From IMG/VR virus record IMGVR_UViG_3300032050_000010: 64,000 bases of DNA. One strand, given 5' to 3'. The stretch comes from a virus. Numbering within the stretch: the first letter of the stretch is position 1; each line of letters starts with the position of its first letter. The notes under the pieces are model-generated. The model searched no databases. It had not been told where the DNA came from and worked only from the letters and a program-made list of their open reading frames with translations. The position numbers were made by a program, and so were the translations under genes. This document shows, one piece after another, positions 62,001 to 64,000 of this stretch.

Positions 62001-62111
62001 CCCGAAGCTGCTAAATCTGAGACATCGGCGCCTGTAGATCCTAGGAAAGACGCCAAGGGCTCAGCAGAAGCAAGAGCAGTGCTAAGAGCAGAAGCACTGT
62101 CGGGTTTATAA
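59079..62111 (+). CDS. Baseplate hub protein (gp27 / gpD-like, probable)
   Basis: 1010 aa; FEIEWGW; C-terminal VSMIGLPIIERGQEVYLDLGTGT..LYYVTSVKHEFRPGEFTTNLTL. Confidence 0.65.
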   Translation: MGKTVNPSLNNTNFTPTSELQVAYKELREYLTLRSNNELLEDTSASASSSKTSNNQSNNTLGISTILSPDGAFFSKDIPDILKQLNLQPATEFGAKDTGDINVYGSVDSDYGENLFHALNIQPDAFDLSNEVTRQQKLTIALDRFKQIEELTSKSRPLATTIQGLLDQLSVLSSDKSVSLNDPRILALNERIDSLQQDLKKLQEQTSALKAKKIESYSDAERFSNQNTRSALNLDTINLVSLYRHVAQYLDPASTASDYCNVFFNAIDSINMSMCVPFFRLNIIDRFAKKKGRYSKLSLSAFLKQTTNTTGDKIFYEAEPFTTNASVSVAKKLRSGKVISTEAFFAPQTLLPDPTEILSNPRRLDTSVPLLSLNSFSIGIETVGIALLSKKTADLSITLHDRSRLSDISPLVSVGNFSSLYFEIEWGWTHPHGEAKFDNHVARYLNSLRYREVFSPTSYNMTMADGGAMNINIRLIGGGSLDAVNGSILNGGFLTRAYASQMLDKLIKTEIAEEDGEQAAAEEIRTVTKVLVDKSRTADMVDGSFVKSLWAYVEGDDRSAPARAKLITNLQSILDQSDYYRNSEIFDLIRKKIPVPSYPPSAERFKRLKSKYSTQVVEQDFTSVASYLALLVGMPLASTGLYSEVQIHTFKFNAEAGAMAGCQISDAPIRVADVLKHPDQENSLAQNTSISNALSLLANYLSNPKQPLYEISSDTQYSQIKVDDTRREMGDPAAAPDKNAQEKADVFEKPDSFTTPNIRYIIRSIPAKEYTNESKKTIADYVVNPEKLIAQVIIYDANSSPNYDKIIGAYSYGKLSGKDGKTIKPDFAKDVFKRAFPSIVYGATNSMLKSVNVSTDINNVISQQNILDIGKDIYLGRSKSDASTDVSEIALFPGSVTVSMIGLPIIERGQEVYLDLGTGTTLDALYYVTSVKHEFRPGEFTTNLTLTYKGQGSVMSLDTMLKQFNDTLTQAEKAPEAAKSETSAPVDPRKDAKGSAEARAVLRAEALSGL

Positions 62112-62139
62112 AATCTTAAGAATTTGTGTATCTTTATGT

Positions 62140-63315
62140 ATGAGTTCAAGTATCATCATAAGCAAAGATGCTGTAGGAACTACGTCTAACTTTGGCATTA
62201 AACCAGACGGGACATTTTTCCTAACAGATAACATTGAAGTTAATTCATGGTGCTGGACTTTATTAAATGCACACAATAACTTAAGGTATATTTCACTTGC
62301 AACTAGCGTGCAGGTTACATCGGCGCCCCCGCTAGGTCACGCAAATTCCTGGAATGTTATAGGAAGTGTCCCTCCCTGGGCACAGGCGCTTCCTCCCCAC
62401 GTCTTTAAGAAATGGCTCCAGAAGTTCTCTGCTGATCTCCTAGCACTTCGAGACAGGTGGGCTGACAGTTACTATGGCCGTGACTATCAAGTTCAACAGA
62501 GGCTTCTGCAGAGATTGCAGCAACCTCACGTCGACATTAATGTCATCAAGCAGATCGATGACGATCGCGTGACCTCATTTAAGCCTGCTGAGGGCGAGCT
62601 AGCACCCCGATCCACATATGACATCTGGTCATCAGTTACAGGTCGCATGTCGATTTGTGAGGGACCCAACATCCTCACACTTGACAAGCAGTACCGCAAG
62701 ATCTTCAAGAGTCGCTATGCGGGTGGCAAGATCCTCCAGATCGACTTTACGTCACTTGAACCCTGTGTCTGTCTGGCAATGCAGGGTAAGAAGTTCGACG
62801 GAGATGCTTATGCATGGGCATCTGATCAGGTTGAAGTGCAGGTCCCACGTGAAGTGCTCAAGACGGCGATTATGTCTGCGCTGTATGGCATGACGCCTTC
62901 CAACTTTGCGAAGAAGTTTGCCGACATCCCGCATGCCAACGATCTTCTCTTCCAGGTACGCGATGCCTTCGGTGTTGATGCTCTGACCAAGCGTCTACGT
63001 GAGCAGTTTGATGCTGAGGGGCACATCACGAATCATTTCGGTCGGATCATCAAGTGTGAGAAGAAGTCACCCTTCGTCGCGTATGATGTGCAGTCAACTG
63101 CGGTGGATGTCGTCTGCCAAGGTTTCACGCACCTGCTTGATGAGCTTGAACGCGACAAGATCCAGATGACACCGCTCTACCTCATCCACGACGCGCTCAT
63201 GGTTGATCTGACACCTGAAGCAGCGCAGCACCTCGAGGACCGCGTCAAGGATGGGATCCTCATTCCCACACTCGATTGTAAAATGCCCCTCAAGTTGAAG
63301 ACAATAGACGCATGA
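62140..63315 (+). CDS. Minimal family-A DNA polymerase-like protein (polymerase domain only)
   Basis: TGRMS..PNILTL; motif A IDFTSLEP; motif B REVLK...LYG; NHFGR; VQSTAVD; motif C IHDAL; no recognisable exonuclease domain. Confidence 0.75.
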   Translation: MSSSIIISKDAVGTTSNFGIKPDGTFFLTDNIEVNSWCWTLLNAHNNLRYISLATSVQVTSAPPLGHANSWNVIGSVPPWAQALPPHVFKKWLQKFSADLLALRDRWADSYYGRDYQVQQRLLQRLQQPHVDINVIKQIDDDRVTSFKPAEGELAPRSTYDIWSSVTGRMSICEGPNILTLDKQYRKIFKSRYAGGKILQIDFTSLEPCVCLAMQGKKFDGDAYAWASDQVEVQVPREVLKTAIMSALYGMTPSNFAKKFADIPHANDLLFQVRDAFGVDALTKRLREQFDAEGHITNHFGRIIKCEKKSPFVAYDVQSTAVDVVCQGFTHLLDELERDKIQMTPLYLIHDALMVDLTPEAAQHLEDRVKDGILIPTLDCKMPLKLKTIDA

Positions 63316-63899
63316 GCACCGACAATCTCGAAAGTAACTACAATGTCTTCCGCAAGCTGACGCAGAAGTGCGGCAGTAGATCAGATGCACTTCTTAAACT
63401 GGTCGACGACCTTGGAGAGCGTCTTGTCGTCTGTCCTGGGCACGATCGCAGGGAGAAGTCAACAGCAAAGCCGGGCGGGCTCATCGAGCACAGCCTCAAT
63501 GTCGTCAAGACGATGCGAGCGCTGGAGAGCTCATCAACATTCGGCGTCGATCCTGAGAGCATGTTGATTGTCGGGCTGTTCCATGACATCGGTCGTGTGG
63601 GCGACATGACGTCAGACTACTATCTCACACAGACGTCAGACTGGCACCGTAACAAGGCAGGCATCCTCTACGTCTATAACCCTGAACTGCCCAAGATGCC
63701 CCACAGTCATCGATCACTCGCACTGCTGCAATCAGCAGGAGTGGCCCTAACAACAGACGAGTGGATTGCAATCTCAACAGCTCAGGGCCCAGCGCTTGAC
63801 GAGAATAAGTTCTACAATGGCGGAGAGACACCGCTCACGATGCTCACACAGACAGCAGTTCGGATAATCTCGCAGAAGGAAAAGGTGGGAGATAGTTAG
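63312..63899 (+). CDS. HD-domain protein (YhaM-like phage family)
   Basis: GGLIEHSLNV...LFHDIGRVG; ATGA overlap with the PolA-like gene. Confidence 0.75.
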   Translation: MSTDNLESNYNVFRKLTQKCGSRSDALLKLVDDLGERLVVCPGHDRREKSTAKPGGLIEHSLNVVKTMRALESSSTFGVDPESMLIVGLFHDIGRVGDMTSDYYLTQTSDWHRNKAGILYVYNPELPKMPHSHRSLALLQSAGVALTTDEWIAISTAQGPALDENKFYNGGETPLTMLTQTAVRIISQKEKVGDS

Positions 63900-63903
63900 T
63901 AGT

Positions 63904-64000
63904 GTGAGTAAGACGCAAGAGCCCAAATCAGGTTGGTATTCCGGTCGCACAACGGGTGTCCCCGTAGCTGGTGCTATCGGAGGCGGGGACGACTTCGCGC
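63904..64000 (+). CDS. 5' start of a gene truncated by the window edge
   Basis: GTG 63904 is open to the edge (VSKTQEPKSGWYSGRTTGVPVAGAIGGGDDFA), just after ATAGTTA at 63892-98. Confidence 0.4.
   Translation, partial: MSKTQEPKSGWYSGRTTGVPVAGAIGGGDDFA

Noticed and set aside
44998-62111. Extracellular contractile injection system or tailocin (multiple sheaths, LysM, hub)
   Set aside because: Terminase, portal, protease, scaffold, capsid and neck genes are contiguous, so this is a phage tail.
201-63831. Many short minus-strand and nested plus-strand ORFs in the track
   Set aside because: They lie within long, motif-bearing plus-strand genes and have no recognisable domains; they are shadow ORFs.
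62140-63899. 2-aminoadenine (Z) genome system
   Set aside because: No purZ or mazZ in the window, and the HD protein looks YhaM-like rather than DatZ-like; kept only as a hypothesis to test.
1-64000. Alternative genetic code / stop-codon reassignment
   Set aside because: Long ORFs tile the strand under the standard code, and TAA, TAG and TGA all end genes at sensible boundaries.
1-64000. CRISPR array, tRNAs, DGR/reverse transcriptase, introns or inteins
   Set aside because: No spaced repeat array, cloverleaf, RT motif or intein termini seen; intergenic gaps are short and TerL and primase are of ordinary length.

Overview
This window is a gene-dense, entirely plus-strand segment of a large T4-related contractile-tailed phage, read with the standard genetic code. 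It begins with an expanded baseplate module (gp25-like, gp6-like, LamG/Fn3 and unknown virion proteins, about 0.3-24.9 kb) interrupted by a free-standing zinc-ribbon/PD-(D/E)xK endonuclease. A small replication/recombination block follows (RuvC-like resolvase, primase, fused SbcD-SbcC). Next come the head module (TerL, portal, prohead protease, scaffold, major capsid), neck and tail-terminator genes, two tandem tail sheath paralogs, tail tube, tail chaperone, tape measure and baseplate hub genes. The window ends with a minimal PolA-like gene coupled to an HD-domain gene. Signals not shown by the ORF track include a candidate programmed frameshift on a U7 run in the gp26-like chaperone, a recurrent ATANTTA putative late-promoter motif, and three hairpins that cover a ribosome-binding site and contain a promoter-like motif. 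Also present are apparently leaderless sigma70-like promoters before replication genes, a shared N-terminal motif on small head-region proteins, and [ST]-G-S enrichment in a subset of virion proteins. All assignments come from motif recognition and synteny by eye; no searches were run.
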